Source of the DNA: Leptolyngbyaceae cyanobacterium
Lineage (GTDB): Bacteria; Cyanobacteriota; Cyanobacteriia; Phormidesmidales; Phormidesmidaceae
Direction of reading: 5' to 3'
Length of the DNA: 64,000 nt
Assembly: GCA_965263355.1 (NCBI GenBank)
Contig: CBDHHL010000032.1
Span: forward strand, 3,392,001-3,456,000
The number at the start of each line of letters is the position of its first letter. Position 1 is the first letter of the stretch. The notes under the pieces are model-generated. The model did no database searches and was not told the origin of the DNA. It saw only the letters and a list, made by a program, of their open reading frames with translations. Below, one piece after another: positions 21,363 to 31,561 of the stretch. Made by a program: the position numbers and the translations under genes.

Positions 21363-22250
21363 TCAATTGGGATGTGGTGGCGCTTCATCAATATCGCATT
21401 CCTGTGCAGCATTTAATGATTCAATTTGATTACATAAGCTGACCCATGTCTCTACGCCCAGTTGTTCTGCCCGGACTTGAGGGTTAATGTCCATCGCTGC
21501 GAAAATGGTGGTCAACTGATCTCGATCAACGAGACTTTTGAGATTGTTGCGTAGCATCTTACGTTTTTGAGCAAACCCTTGCTTTACCAAAGTATCCAGT
21601 AGTTTAGGATTGCTAGCTTGTTGGGGAAAACGACGGGGCCGCAGCCGCACCACAGCGGATTCTACTTTGGGGGCCGGTTTAAATGCCTTGGCTGGGACCG
21701 GGCAAATCAGCTCGCAGTCTGCTAAATATTGCACTCGCACCGATAGGCCATTAAAAGCTTTGGTGCCGGGGTGAGCGTAAAGTCGATCAGCCACTTCTTT
21801 TTGTAGCAATAGCACAATTGATTCGTAGGGATGGGGATTGGGTTGACGAATTCGACCCAGTAGCTTTTCTAAAATTGGTCCCGTGATGTAGTAGGGAATA
21901 TTGGCGACTACCTTATTGGGCGATTGAAAATTAGGATGGTCAGCTAAGGCCGCAGTTAAATCTACATCTAAAAAGTCACCTTCAATTAAATAAAACCGTT
22001 CCGTTGCCTGAAACTGTTGCTGTAGCTGACGCACCAAATCACGATCCACTTCCACCGCGACGACAGACTGGGTAAAGGGAACCAACCCTTTGGTTAAGAC
22101 TCCCTGGCCTGGCCCAATTTCTAGGATGCGGTCTGTGCGACTTAGCTCTGCCGCCGCCAAAATCTGATTCAAAATTTGAGGGTCGCGCAGCCAGTGTTGG
22201 CCAAACCGTTTGCGGGGGCGAGGCATGGGCAGGGAGAAAGGAAAAAACAA
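21363..22250 (-). CDS. rsmA: 16S rRNA adenine dimethyltransferase (start likely ATG 22226)
   Basis: KRFGQHWL, LEIGPG, VANIPYYIT and PAPKVES. Confidence 0.97.
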   Translation of the reverse strand: MFFPFSLPMPRPRKRFGQHWLRDPQILNQILAAAELSRTDRILEIGPGQGVLTKGLVPFTQSVVAVEVDRDLVRQLQQQFQATERFYLIEGDFLDVDLTAALADHPNFQSPNKVVANIPYYITGPILEKLLGRIRQPNPHPYESIVLLLQKEVADRLYAHPGTKAFNGLSVRVQYLADCELICPVPAKAFKPAPKVESAVVRLRPRRFPQQASNPKLLDTLVKQGFAQKRKMLRNNLKSLVDRDQLTTIFAAMDINPQVRAEQLGVETWVSLCNQIESLNAAQECDIDEAPPHPN

Positions 22251-22308
22251 GTGGAATGGTATTTTATAGCAGTTCGATAGGGCATGGACTGTAGGCGATT
22301 GGCAATCG

Positions 22309-22334
22309 GTAGGGGCATTGCATGCAATACCTTC
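22309..22334. repeat. degenerate GTAG-type REP-like palindrome
   Basis: GTAGGGGCATTGCATGCAATACC, related to the copies at 28138 and 53329. Confidence 0.6.
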
Positions 22335-22375
22335 GGGCCTTAGGCCGTAAAGGAGTGTTTGGAAGACTACACTAG

Positions 22376-22738
22376 ATGGTAAGAATTTGGATAAAGGCCA
22401 TGGCTGAACCGCTCAAACAATCGGGCAGTAATGATGACATTAGGGGGAGTAATAAAAAGCCAACGACTCCCGTGAGCTGTTTTAGCGGAGCGTTTATGGC
22501 CGGTACTCTAGGCATTTTGTGCTACCGCATGATGGTGGCCATTGCCACTACCTTTGCGGCGAAACCGGTGGTTTCTGACAACACTGTTGTACTTAAGATT
22601 TCAGTAGCGGTGCGGACTCTGGTGGTGGGTATTGTTGCGCTAGGGGCAGGGGTTTTTGGCCTGACTGCCGTCGGTCTCTTTTTGTTAGGGATTCAGCTGA
22701 TTATTAAGAAACTGACTGGTCAAGATGCGACAGTATAA
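22376..22738 (+). CDS. DUF3082-like membrane protein
   Basis: Resembles the cyanobacterial family (IATTFAAKP...ISVAVRTLVVG). Confidence 0.7.
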   Translation: MVRIWIKAMAEPLKQSGSNDDIRGSNKKPTTPVSCFSGAFMAGTLGILCYRMMVAIATTFAAKPVVSDNTVVLKISVAVRTLVVGIVALGAGVFGLTAVGLFLLGIQLIIKKLTGQDATV

Positions 22739-22757
22739 GCCCTCTAAAGTCTTACCT

Positions 22758-23570
22758 CTAAAGTCTTAATGTGAGCTGTCGGCTCAGGGCAAATCTTAAC
22801 AATCTGCCTGGATGCGCTGAACCCCGCAGTACAGGTCCCCGCAAATATTTGTTGAGCAACAAACGCCCTACCCCTTTAACTCGTCCATAGGCGCGTTCTT
22901 TGATTACATTGCCATAGGCAGGCTGAAAGGCTAAGGGGCCATACAGAACATCGGCGCGGTGGGTGGTGCTGAGGTTGTTTTGTCTATGTTCAGGATTTGG
23001 CAGGCCACCATGTTCGCCATAATTGCGCCAGGGGACATAGTTGTGAAAGTTGCGATCGCGCAGATAATATTCAATACCTGAATCCCATGGGGTATAGCTT
23101 TCTGGGCCTGGATCTGCCTTCACGGCTTCGGCCAACTCGATCAGTTTCCAAGCACTGTGTTGGGTAACGACATAGGCCACCATAGCAGTCGAGTAGCCTT
23201 CGGCGTAGCCTTGATCTGTGATGTTGTAGATTTGTGCAGCACAGGTATAAAGCCACGTAATACCAAGATTTTGGTCCGCTGGGTCAAACGGTGGGGGCAA
23301 CGTGCCAAAGTTGATAACGGGCACAAAGTCGGCTTCGACAATCAGGGTAGGCTGGTCCGAGAGCAGCGCCTGTTCCCAGGCTTTACGATGATTGAGCAAA
23401 CACAGATAGCTGCGCGAGTAGTGTTTGTACTCAGAACGATGAATTTGGCGCAGCACTTTGACGTTACAGCCAGCTTGGCTGAGAAAGGTCGCCAGATGGT
23501 CTGTGTTTTCTTGATAGGCAAGGATAAATGTATGACCGATTGAACCGACTAAGGTTTGCGTCATGATCAC
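22758..23570 (-). CDS. glycosyltransferase (family 25-like, LPS biosynthesis)
   Basis: CLLNHRKAW...LIVEAD and AYVVT motifs. Confidence 0.7.
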   Translation of the reverse strand: MIMTQTLVGSIGHTFILAYQENTDHLATFLSQAGCNVKVLRQIHRSEYKHYSRSYLCLLNHRKAWEQALLSDQPTLIVEADFVPVINFGTLPPPFDPADQNLGITWLYTCAAQIYNITDQGYAEGYSTAMVAYVVTQHSAWKLIELAEAVKADPGPESYTPWDSGIEYYLRDRNFHNYVPWRNYGEHGGLPNPEHRQNNLSTTHRADVLYGPLAFQPAYGNVIKERAYGRVKGVGRLLLNKYLRGPVLRGSAHPGRLLRFALSRQLTLRL

Positions 23571-23621
23571 GCGTTAGCTATATGGGGTTGGAGGCTGAGT
23601 TGTTGAAACCCATAGAGGTGA

Positions 23622-24347
23622 TCAACGTTTAGGGGCAAGTTGCAGCAGAGCCTTGGCTGTGATTACAGCATATACAGCTCCCCCTACAGCGCCTAAAAGG
23701 GCTCCCCAGATCATCAAAAAATTGTCTGCACTGGTGATGGCAAACAACACCCAGCCCAGTAGGCTAGCGCTTACCCAGCCTAATATTCTGCCAAGGAAAT
23801 TGGCTATCCACCATTGACGTATATTTTCGGTCTGCCTGGGTAGGCTGACAATTTGGGCAATGCTAACCACCATCCCGAGAACGGCGCTATAAACAGTAAT
23901 CGTAAGGATCAAGGTAATCAGATTGCCAGGGTCAGGTAAATGTTTGCCCCATTGGATAACCATGATAATCATGCCAAAAACCAATAATCCGGCCCATGAC
24001 CCCAGGTAGCTGCCCAAAATATTGGCGAGCACCCATTGCCAGATCTTGAGTCGAGGCAACAGACGCTGGATGACGATTGCCTGTAGGGAGCCAACTATGG
24101 CACCAACAATTAACCCTGCAACGTACAAGGCTTCAAAATTTTGGGCGGTCAGGTTAGCAATAAAGCTGAGGGGAGTCGCGATCGCAAATCCAAATATATT
24201 TGCACCATACCACTGCCACAACCATCTTGCTCTCAGAGCTTGAATAGTCCCCTGTTGGCTGGAACTATAGGTCTGGCCTTCCTCAGGTCCGGCTAGGTTT
24301 AATCGGTCAGAGTCGTCAGTCGCCATAGACTGCACAGGCAAAACCAC
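23622..24347 (-). CDS. hypothetical multi-pass membrane protein
   Basis: Repeated W..ANxxG motifs with hydrophobic helices. Confidence 0.7.
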   Translation of the reverse strand: MVLPVQSMATDDSDRLNLAGPEEGQTYSSSQQGTIQALRARWLWQWYGANIFGFAIATPLSFIANLTAQNFEALYVAGLIVGAIVGSLQAIVIQRLLPRLKIWQWVLANILGSYLGSWAGLLVFGMIIMVIQWGKHLPDPGNLITLILTITVYSAVLGMVVSIAQIVSLPRQTENIRQWWIANFLGRILGWVSASLLGWVLFAITSADNFLMIWGALLGAVGGAVYAVITAKALLQLAPKR

Positions 24348-24416
24348 TGTTAGATATACACATAACAGGGATAACTTTCCTTACGGGTTGCAAGCAACTG
24401 AACTAGATATCCATAA

Positions 24417-25397
24417 CTACGGCAGCTCTACAGAGGTAGGCTTAGCAATATGGGGTAGACCCCAGCCTAATTTTTCACGTAATACCTTGAAGAATTCTGG
24501 ATCCTTGAGGCGAATAAATTTGGCTGGAAATTTGGCTTCCTGCAAACAAACCTGATCGCCAGGAGCAACATAGCAACCCGCATTCCCATCAACTACCATC
24601 ACCAGAGGGTCTGGATTGGCTGAAGATACGGTAACTATTTCAGCGCTAGGAAACACTAAACCTCTTGCAGCCAACGAATGGGGACAAATCGGAATTAGCT
24701 GTAAAACAGATACCCCTGGTGTAATCACAGGCCCCCCTGCCGATAATGAATAGGCGGTAGACCCTGTGGGTGTGGAAATAATAATACCGTCGGCAGCAAT
24801 GTCCACAGCGGCATGGCGGCCAATGGTTACCTCAAAATGGCACATGCTGGTAAGGGGCTGACGGTTCAGCACTACCTCATTCAGACATAGGGCTTCCCAG
24901 ATCGGTTTGTGATTGCGCACTAACTGCACCGCAACCATGGTGCGGTCTTCAATTTGATAATTACCGGCTAGCACCTGCTCTAGGACGTGGGGCAGCTGAT
25001 TCAGGTAAGTCTCAGTTAAAAAACCCATGTGCCCCGTGTTAATAGCCAATAGGGGAATCCCTGCTGGTGCCACTTGGCGAAATGCAGACAGCACAGTACC
25101 ATCCCCGCCCAACACAATGGCAAACTCCATAGAGTTATCAAAGTCTTGAGGTACCAAGGATTCAATGGGGACTAATTTTGTTGGTTGTTCTGCATTCGCA
25201 TAGCCCAGGAGCCCACCTACCCCTGTTGCTGTAGCCACTTGACAACCATAAGCTTCAAGTTTAACTGTTAGTTCCTGAGTAACTTGACAGGCAACAGGCT
25301 TGACATCGTTATATATGATGCCGACCTTTTTACCAATCTTTGCAGGAGGGCTTTGTTGAGAGGGAACGTTCTTAGAAACCGAGGGCACGTTCAGCAT
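24417..25397 (-). CDS. nadK: NAD(+) kinase
   Basis: GGDGT, LNE and DG...[15 protein letters not shown]. Confidence 0.95.
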   Translation of the reverse strand: MLNVPSVSKNVPSQQSPPAKIGKKVGIIYNDVKPVACQVTQELTVKLEAYGCQVATATGVGGLLGYANAEQPTKLVPIESLVPQDFDNSMEFAIVLGGDGTVLSAFRQVAPAGIPLLAINTGHMGFLTETYLNQLPHVLEQVLAGNYQIEDRTMVAVQLVRNHKPIWEALCLNEVVLNRQPLTSMCHFEVTIGRHAAVDIAADGIIISTPTGSTAYSLSAGGPVITPGVSVLQLIPICPHSLAARGLVFPSAEIVTVSSANPDPLVMVVDGNAGCYVAPGDQVCLQEAKFPAKFIRLKDPEFFKVLREKLGWGLPHIAKPTSVELP

Positions 25398-25511
25398 CCG
25401 ACCTAATTAATATCCTTAGGCTACCGTTTTTAGCTCTTTCTTGAACAGTTGGTTGCTCTAAGCGAAATAATTTAATTTTTCTGTGTCAGAGGGTAGCTCT
25501 CAAGTAAAGAG

Positions 25512-25817
25512 GTGGCTATCTTAACTCTAATGCCCTCTTTTGCAAATTGGCCTGTGACTGCTCAAAGCTTACCCGAAACTACCGCCCATGTACGCATTAC
25601 CTACCAATCCTGGCAACAAGGCAAACTGGAAGGTGAAGTTAGTGCCAATGAATTTGCCTGGCAGTTTCAATGGAAATTTCGCGGCGGACATTTGAGAGTT
25701 GAGCCATCGCTGGGGCGGGCGTTAATTCAAGAACCCCTAGGCCGTTTTCTAGAACGGTTTGATTACCAGCTGGAACCTGGTGGGGATTATTCGTTTACCA
25801 TTCGGGCCGAATTGTAG
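25512..25817 (+). CDS. DUF3146-like cyanobacterial protein
   Basis: PETTAHVRI...PSLGRALIQEPLGRFLE...LEPGGDY. Confidence 0.75.
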   Translation: MAILTLMPSFANWPVTAQSLPETTAHVRITYQSWQQGKLEGEVSANEFAWQFQWKFRGGHLRVEPSLGRALIQEPLGRFLERFDYQLEPGGDYSFTIRAEL

Positions 25818-25857
25818 GGTGGGTAATCTTGTCGGTAAAGTAGTTTAAGGTTTTATA

Positions 25858-25930
25858 TAAGCCTTATCCACGTCCAGACCTGTAGTTTTGCCGTAGAGTA
25901 AACCCCAAGTTTCAACTTGGACGTGGGATT
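25858..25930. repeat. ~72-bp dispersed inverted-repeat element, copy 1
   Basis: CCACGTCCA...TGGACGTGG arms. Aligns with the copies at 29919, 40116, 59052 and 59518. Confidence 0.8.
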
Positions 25931-25954
25931 GATGCCTTTAACTACTGCTCTATT

Positions 25955-26350
25955 ATGGCAACGCTATCTTCAGCTACATCTGTTGCGACGACGGTACGTC
26001 CTGACTATCGCCTATCCCTTTCTATCCTCTTCATTGGCTTATGTGTCGCCTCTGTGCAGGGTTGGGTGGGGCTGGTTCTTGCCCTGTTGGGACTGTTTTT
26101 GGTGGTACAAACGACGGTTATTCGGCTGACGTTTACAGATACGGAATTGCAGGTATGTCGAGGGAAAACTATCTTGCGACAATTTCCGTATGCCGAGTGG
26201 CAAGCATGGACAATTTTTTGGTCACCAGTACCAATTTTGTTCTACTTTCGCGAAATGAAGAGTATCCACTTTTTACCGATGCTGTTTAACCCAGGGGAGT
26301 TGGTGACTCAGCTCAAACAGCACTGTGAAACTGTAAAGATAATTTCTTAG
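25955..26350 (+). CDS. DUF3119 (PAM68-unrelated) small membrane protein
   Basis: RQFPY.EW...PILFYFRE.KSIHFLP.LF motif. Confidence 0.75.
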   Translation: MATLSSATSVATTVRPDYRLSLSILFIGLCVASVQGWVGLVLALLGLFLVVQTTVIRLTFTDTELQVCRGKTILRQFPYAEWQAWTIFWSPVPILFYFREMKSIHFLPMLFNPGELVTQLKQHCETVKIIS

Positions 26351-26409
26351 CCCAAACACGATTCTCACGGTTCTAATTAGCGACTTAAAGAACAGAGCAG
26401 GTCAAAACT

Positions 26410-27363
26410 ATGCCATCTGACAAGCAACCCAAAGATGTGCCGTTGCCGCCGCTGCGGTCGAGCCGTAATGTGGATCCTGAAGTGGCTCGACTGGTGCAGG
26501 CTGGTCTACGGGATTTAGAAACTCGTCGTCAGGCATTACTGCAAGAGATTGAACAGTTAGAACAACGTCGCGATCGCATCAAGGCAGAAATGCGGACGAC
26601 CTTTGCTGGGGCATCTCAGGATTTGGCGGTGCGTCTACAGGGCTTCAAAGATTACTTGGTGGGAAGCTTACAAGATCTGGCTACATCTGCTGAACAGCTA
26701 GACTTAGCCCCCCGTGTAGTTGAATCACCCAGGGCAACAAGGCAGTCTGCGCCCCAACCTGTAGCGCCCGAACAGTCTGGCAATATGACAGGGGATAGGA
26801 CCACTACGGCGTTCTCGATTCAACGCTTTGAAGAACAGCGAGAGCGGGTCCGCAGTCTAATTGACCAATACCGTACCCGACCTGATTATTATGGCCCCCC
26901 CTGGCAGCTACGCCGTACCTTTGAAACAGTTCATGCTGACCGTGTTGCCAATTGGTTTTTCACCCAGGGAGGCCGGGGTGCCGTTAAAAGTTTAGGCAGT
27001 CGTTTGCAAAATGTCTTGGTAGCATCGGCAGCCATATCAGTTCTTTATGCCATCTACGGCGACCGTCTATGTACCATGGTATTAGCTAACACCCCTGAGC
27101 GTTTAGGCGAATGGCGACGGTGGTTACAGGACTGTCTAGGGGTATCACGAGCTGATTTTGGCTCAAATCGAGGCATTATGCTGTTTGAGGTGCCAGAATC
27201 TATGGTGCAGCGGGCTGAACGATTGATGGACAATGGTTATTTACCAATGTTGATTATTGACGAATCTGAGGACAAACTACCGTTAGCAGCGTTGCGATTT
27301 CCCCTGTGGTTGGTGTTTGCACCGGATCCGGCCAATCCAGCACAGGATGATTATTACTATTAA
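26410..27363 (+). CDS. DUF3086-family protein
   Basis: Coiled coil followed by RLQGFKDYLVGSLQDL and PDYYGPPWQLRRTFE. Usual synteny with DUF3119 and plsY. Confidence 0.8.
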   Translation: MPSDKQPKDVPLPPLRSSRNVDPEVARLVQAGLRDLETRRQALLQEIEQLEQRRDRIKAEMRTTFAGASQDLAVRLQGFKDYLVGSLQDLATSAEQLDLAPRVVESPRATRQSAPQPVAPEQSGNMTGDRTTTAFSIQRFEEQRERVRSLIDQYRTRPDYYGPPWQLRRTFETVHADRVANWFFTQGGRGAVKSLGSRLQNVLVASAAISVLYAIYGDRLCTMVLANTPERLGEWRRWLQDCLGVSRADFGSNRGIMLFEVPESMVQRAERLMDNGYLPMLIIDESEDKLPLAALRFPLWLVFAPDPANPAQDDYYY

Positions 27364-27406
27364 GGGCAACCACAATTTAAGGGCAACCACAAGGGTGTGC
27401 CCCCAC
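27361..27406. repeat. REP-like element with partial tandem duplication
   Basis: TAAGGGCAACCACAA twice, then GGGTGTGCCCCCAC, forming a GGGCA...TGCCC hairpin. Confidence 0.6.
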
Positions 27407-27499
27407 GAGGGGTCATCATGAGGGGAGACCAGGCTTTTCCAAAGGAGCATAACCCCCTAAACTAAAATCGGGTTTGATTGTTAAGGACTTGTAGAACTC

Positions 27500-28123
27500 A
27501 TGGTTTGGTGGATTGCAGCCGGGTTACTGGTGCTGGCCTATTTACTGGGATCGTTGCCAACGGGGTATGCGATCGCAAAGCTAGTCCAAGGGATTGACAT
27601 TCGTGAGCATGGTTCAGGAAATACAGGTGCTACCAATGTGTTTCGGGTCGTGGGTAAACAAGCAGGCATTACCGTACTTGTAATTGATTTACTTAAAGGA
27701 TTGGCGGCAGTATTGCTGGCTCGATTTGTCATTGCTCAGTTTGATGGCAGCCTGGTTATAGCGACGTGGGTGCAAACATTAGCAGGGTTGTTGGCTATTT
27801 TGGGTCACAGTCGCTCCGTGTGGTTGAACTTTACCGGCGGCAAATCAGCAGCCACTGGACTGGGAGTGATTTTAGCTTTAGCTTGGCCAGTAGGTTTAGG
27901 GACTGCTGTTGTGTTTAGTCTAGTGTTTGGTTTATCGCGAACAGTATCCCTAGGCTCAATAAGTGCTGCAACCGCTGCTCCAGCACTTATGTTTTTGACT
28001 GGACAGCCATTACCTTTTGTTTTGTTAGTTCTTTTAGGTGGAATTTACGTCGTTATTCGACACCGTAGCAATATCTCTAGACTATTGGCAGGTACAGAAC
28101 CGAAGCTAGGCAACAACGCATAG
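27500..28123 (+). CDS. plsY: glycerol-3-phosphate acyltransferase
   Basis: YLLGS, GSGNTGATN, GGKSAATG and RHRSNI. Confidence 0.96.
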   Translation: MVWWIAAGLLVLAYLLGSLPTGYAIAKLVQGIDIREHGSGNTGATNVFRVVGKQAGITVLVIDLLKGLAAVLLARFVIAQFDGSLVIATWVQTLAGLLAILGHSRSVWLNFTGGKSAATGLGVILALAWPVGLGTAVVFSLVFGLSRTVSLGSISAATAAPALMFLTGQPLPFVLLVLLGGIYVVIRHRSNISRLLAGTEPKLGNNA

Positions 28124-28137
28124 GGTTTAGCCAATCA

Positions 28138-28179
28138 ATAAGATGTAGGGGCGTTGCATGCAACGCCCCTACATCTTAT
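28138..28179. repeat. 42-bp perfect palindrome with GTAG-type REP core, between convergent plsY and proC
   Basis: ATAAGATGTAGGGGCGTTGCA|TGCAACGCCCCTACATCTTAT. Confidence 0.9.
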
Positions 28180-29006
28180 AGGTTACCCAATTCTCTTGAA
28201 CGATTACTGGCAACTCTAACCGCCTCAATGATTGCCGACCGCAGACCCAATTCTTCTAAACAGGCAATCCCTGAAATAGTCGTACCACCGGGGCTAGTAA
28301 CCCGATCCTTCAACACAGCTGGGTGCATACCTGTCTTTTGCAATAGTTGAGCAGTACCCAGTACAGTTTGTAATGCTAACTTATTGGCGGTTGCTCGTGA
28401 TAATCCAGCAGCAACGCCTCCATCTGCCAAAGACTCAATCACAATGGCAACATAGGCAGGGCCAGAGCCCGATAAGCCGGTCACCCCATCTAGCAAGGGT
28501 TCAGCGACCTGTACAACCTCACCAACGGTACTAAAGATTTGTTGCGCCAAGTCTACATGCTCAGCAATGGCTCGACTACCGATAGCAATAGCTGTCATAC
28601 CGCAACCGACCGTTGCCGGAGTATTGGGCATAGCTCGAATGACTGGCCAACCAGGAACAGCTTGCTCAATTTTTGCAAGAGATACACCCGCCAAAATCGA
28701 AACTACAAGGGGGGGATCAGCAACAACAACCCCTGAAAAATCTCTGGCAACACCGTCAAAAACCTGTGGCTTAATAGCTAGAACAATGACGTCGCCTTGA
28801 TCAATGACCTCACGGTTACTATGGGTGGTGCGGATACCGTATTGCTCTGTAAGCAACTGTCGCCGCTCGTAGGATAAATCGGAAACCAAGATAGAATCCG
28901 ATGTATACATCCGTTGAGAGAGCAGGCAGGATAATAGGGCTTCTCCCATTACACCACCACCAATAATGCCGAGTTTACCAGGCAAAGATCCAAGGCCTCC
29001 GAACAC
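28176..29006 (-). CDS. proC: pyrroline-5-carboxylate reductase
   Basis: GGGVMG, RAMPNTP, SGSGPAY and VTSPGGTT. Confidence 0.97.
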   Translation of the reverse strand: MFGGLGSLPGKLGIIGGGVMGEALLSCLLSQRMYTSDSILVSDLSYERRQLLTEQYGIRTTHSNREVIDQGDVIVLAIKPQVFDGVARDFSGVVVADPPLVVSILAGVSLAKIEQAVPGWPVIRAMPNTPATVGCGMTAIAIGSRAIAEHVDLAQQIFSTVGEVVQVAEPLLDGVTGLSGSGPAYVAIVIESLADGGVAAGLSRATANKLALQTVLGTAQLLQKTGMHPAVLKDRVTSPGGTTISGIACLEELGLRSAIIEAVRVASNRSRELGNL

Positions 29007-29147
29007 GTCGATAGCACTCTAAGAATACCTTGAAATGGACTGATAACCTTGAGAACCCATCTTGGGTGTGCCAAAAGTAACTAGGGCAATGTCTTACAGG
29101 TTAAGGGATTCTTGGCATCACCCTAAGTTGCAATTGGGATTGCCTGG

Positions 29148-29804
29148 CTAGGCCATGCGAGCTACTTGTTCAGTGGCCCAAGCGGGAGTGGGTGCCGCCG
29201 CCGCCGTCATTGTAGGCTCCTCATCCATAGATAAGTGGTCTTCGCTATCTACGGGCATGCTGACCTGTACACAGTTGGGAGTAAACAGGAAAATACTCTC
29301 ACCGATACGCTCTTGGTGACCATCCATAGCGTATGTACCACCTGCAACAAAATCAACCGCACGTTGAGCCTGATCGGGATCCATGATAGTCAGATTCAAA
29401 ACGACTGACTTACGCTCACGTAACGCTTGGATGGCCTGGGGCATTTCCTCAAAGGAGCGGGGCTCCATCACGATGACTTCAGATACTCCGTTCATTGCAC
29501 CGGGCATACCAATCACATTACTTACACTACTCATTGAATTATTCATGGAAACCATACCAGAATCAGTTGACATTACACGGTCACGGATGCGGCGACGGGG
29601 AGCACGAGTCTCAACATGCTCCGCTGTCGTTCCCCCTGTAACAGGTTGAACAGGTTGAGGCTGGGGTTGAGGCTGCGGAGGGTGATTCTCTTGCTCATAG
29701 AGGTTCTGATACTCCTCACCATCCATTTCGTCATATTCATACTCATAGTCAGCCGGATCATTAAGGCCAACAAAGTCACGTAATTTAGTAAAAATGGTGC
29801 TCAC
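29148..29804 (-). CDS. sepF: cell division protein SepF
   Basis: EPRSFEEM...[10 protein letters not shown]...FLFTP. Start placed at GTG 29804 ([13 protein letters not shown]). Confidence 0.93.
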   Translation of the reverse strand: MSTIFTKLRDFVGLNDPADYEYEYDEMDGEEYQNLYEQENHPPQPQPQPQPVQPVTGGTTAEHVETRAPRRRIRDRVMSTDSGMVSMNNSMSSVSNVIGMPGAMNGVSEVIVMEPRSFEEMPQAIQALRERKSVVLNLTIMDPDQAQRAVDFVAGGTYAMDGHQERIGESIFLFTPNCVQVSMPVDSEDHLSMDEEPTMTAAAAPTPAWATEQVARMA

Positions 29805-29918
29805 GGTTGAAACTCCGTCATGGCTAGTACTAACTTGGCTAGGAAATCTGTCAAAACCTGCCTTAAAAGGGATTGAGAGATTGTTTGAGACTAAAGTAGA
29901 CCGTTGATGGTTTTGAAA

Positions 29919-29990
29919 TAAACCTTGTCCACGTCCAAAACGGCCGTTTTTCCATAGAAGAACTACAGATTTCAACTTGGACGTGGTTTA
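29919..29990. repeat. ~72-bp dispersed inverted-repeat element, copy 2
   Basis: TAAACCTTGTCCACGTCCAAAACGGCCGTTTTTCCATAGAAGAACTACAGATTTCAACTTGGACGTGGTTTA. Confidence 0.88.
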
Positions 29991-30302
29991 TCAGCAACTC
30001 ACTCAAGTATTACTGATAGCTTTAATCCCATTACCTAAGACCAGGAATACTTTAGACCCCTTGCGCTCAAACGGCAATGGAAAGGCAAACGACATAAAGC
30101 ATGAGTACGCTTGCGGCAGTTTATCAACCTAGAGAGTTAAACCTCTTTAGTCGATATTTCGAAATACCCTCATATAATCGTTTGGGCATAACTTTGAGCC
30201 ACAGTATACACGAATCGATCGAAAAAAATCACCAATTTCAAAAATAGGTCTAAATATCTTGATCTTTTTTGATTGCTTGACCAGTGAAAATGTCTAAAAC
30301 CT

Positions 30303-31013
30303 TCAGTTGCGGGAGCCGAACAATGTAGTTCCTAATCGAATGATATTTGCTCCAGCTGCGATCGCAAGCGGAAAGTCCTGGGACATTCCCATGGAAAAGT
30401 AACGAATGGGTAATGGCGTTTCCTGATGGTTTGCCAGCGCTTGTCCCAAGGCATAGGCTCGCTTAAAAAATGACTGGGTTTCAGTCACCAATAAACCATA
30501 GGGAGGAATTGCCATCAGTCCCTCTAATTTCAGGTAGGACAACTGGGCTAAATTGGGTAATGATTGCACCAAATCAGACTCAGACCAACCCTGTTTATTT
30601 GGGTCGGCCAACAGTTTTACCTGTAGACAACATATGGGGGAACGGGAGAGTTCAGCCGCTATTTTATCCAGGCGTTGAGCTAATTTCAGACTGTCTACAG
30701 AGTGAATCCAATCAAAATGTTGTATTGCCTTACGAACCTTGTTGGTTTGCAGATGGCCAATAAAATGCCAGGTAATATCTGGAAGATCGGTCAGTTCTGC
30801 TTGTTTAGCAATCGCTTCTTGGACCTTATTTTCACCAAAATCCCGTAGTCCTGCTGCATAGGCTGCTCGAATAATATCGGCAGAAAATGTCTTGCTCACA
30901 GCCACCAAACGAACATGGTTAGGCAGTTGCAGTTGCTGCACACGCTGAGCAATTTGCTGACTATAGGACATAGGCTGAGAAGATCCGTCGGTAGTACCCG
31001 CAGCATCTATCAT
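30303..31013 (-). CDS. pipY: PLP homeostasis protein (YggS/PipY)
   Basis: LVAVSKT, FGENKVQE, WHFIGHLQTNK and SMGMS. Overlaps the pipX stop. Confidence 0.95.
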   Translation of the reverse strand: MIDAAGTTDGSSQPMSYSQQIAQRVQQLQLPNHVRLVAVSKTFSADIIRAAYAAGLRDFGENKVQEAIAKQAELTDLPDITWHFIGHLQTNKVRKAIQHFDWIHSVDSLKLAQRLDKIAAELSRSPICCLQVKLLADPNKQGWSESDLVQSLPNLAQLSYLKLEGLMAIPPYGLLVTETQSFFKRAYALGQALANHQETPLPIRYFSMGMSQDFPLAIAAGANIIRLGTTLFGSRN

Positions 31014-31282
31014 TGAAACGTTCGCTTGTACACCTTATTCAACTGGTCAAATTCGTTATGTTGCCCTGCCTGGCGCAATGTACGAAGGCGTGTTTCTAGC
31101 ATCATACGTGCCTCTGTTCGACCAATAGGGTCAAAGAGTAAACCAGCTGCACGATCAACTTTTGCCAAGAAAAATAACCGTTGGGCATAGAGAGTGGTAA
31201 ATAGCTCCTTATCGCCATCCACCAGGCAAATCCGAAACAACAGCCCAAAGTCCGGGTGATTGAGGTAGGTTTCAGTGCTCAT
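31010..31282 (-). CDS. pipX: PII-interacting protein X
   Basis: ETYLNHPDFGLL...LFTTLYAQRLFF, located upstream of pipY. Confidence 0.95.
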   Translation of the reverse strand: MSTETYLNHPDFGLLFRICLVDGDKELFTTLYAQRLFFLAKVDRAAGLLFDPIGRTEARMMLETRLRTLRQAGQHNEFDQLNKVYKRTFQ

Positions 31283-31561
31283 TCAAGACGTGCGATAACT
31301 ATGAGAACAATGGAAAGTATATACAGGGGTATTAACGGTTGCTTAGTACCTTAACTTGTCTATTATCGGCTGAAGTAGGTCAGTTAATACCTAATTAGAA
31401 TCCTCTAATGAGGCCGATGGCTGGAGCATAAACGCTGGCCAACAAGATGTCAAAACTACAATGTGTGAACTTGGCTAAACCAAACTCGGTGATATCCGAA
31501 GATCAAACCTATTTAAACCTATTTAAAAGACATTGATAATAGAGTTTACAGCGTTTCTTGT

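Noticed and set aside
29805..29975. N-terminal extension of the sepF ORF in the track
   Set aside because: It runs through the 72-bp repeat element. SepF-like sequence begins at GTG 29804.
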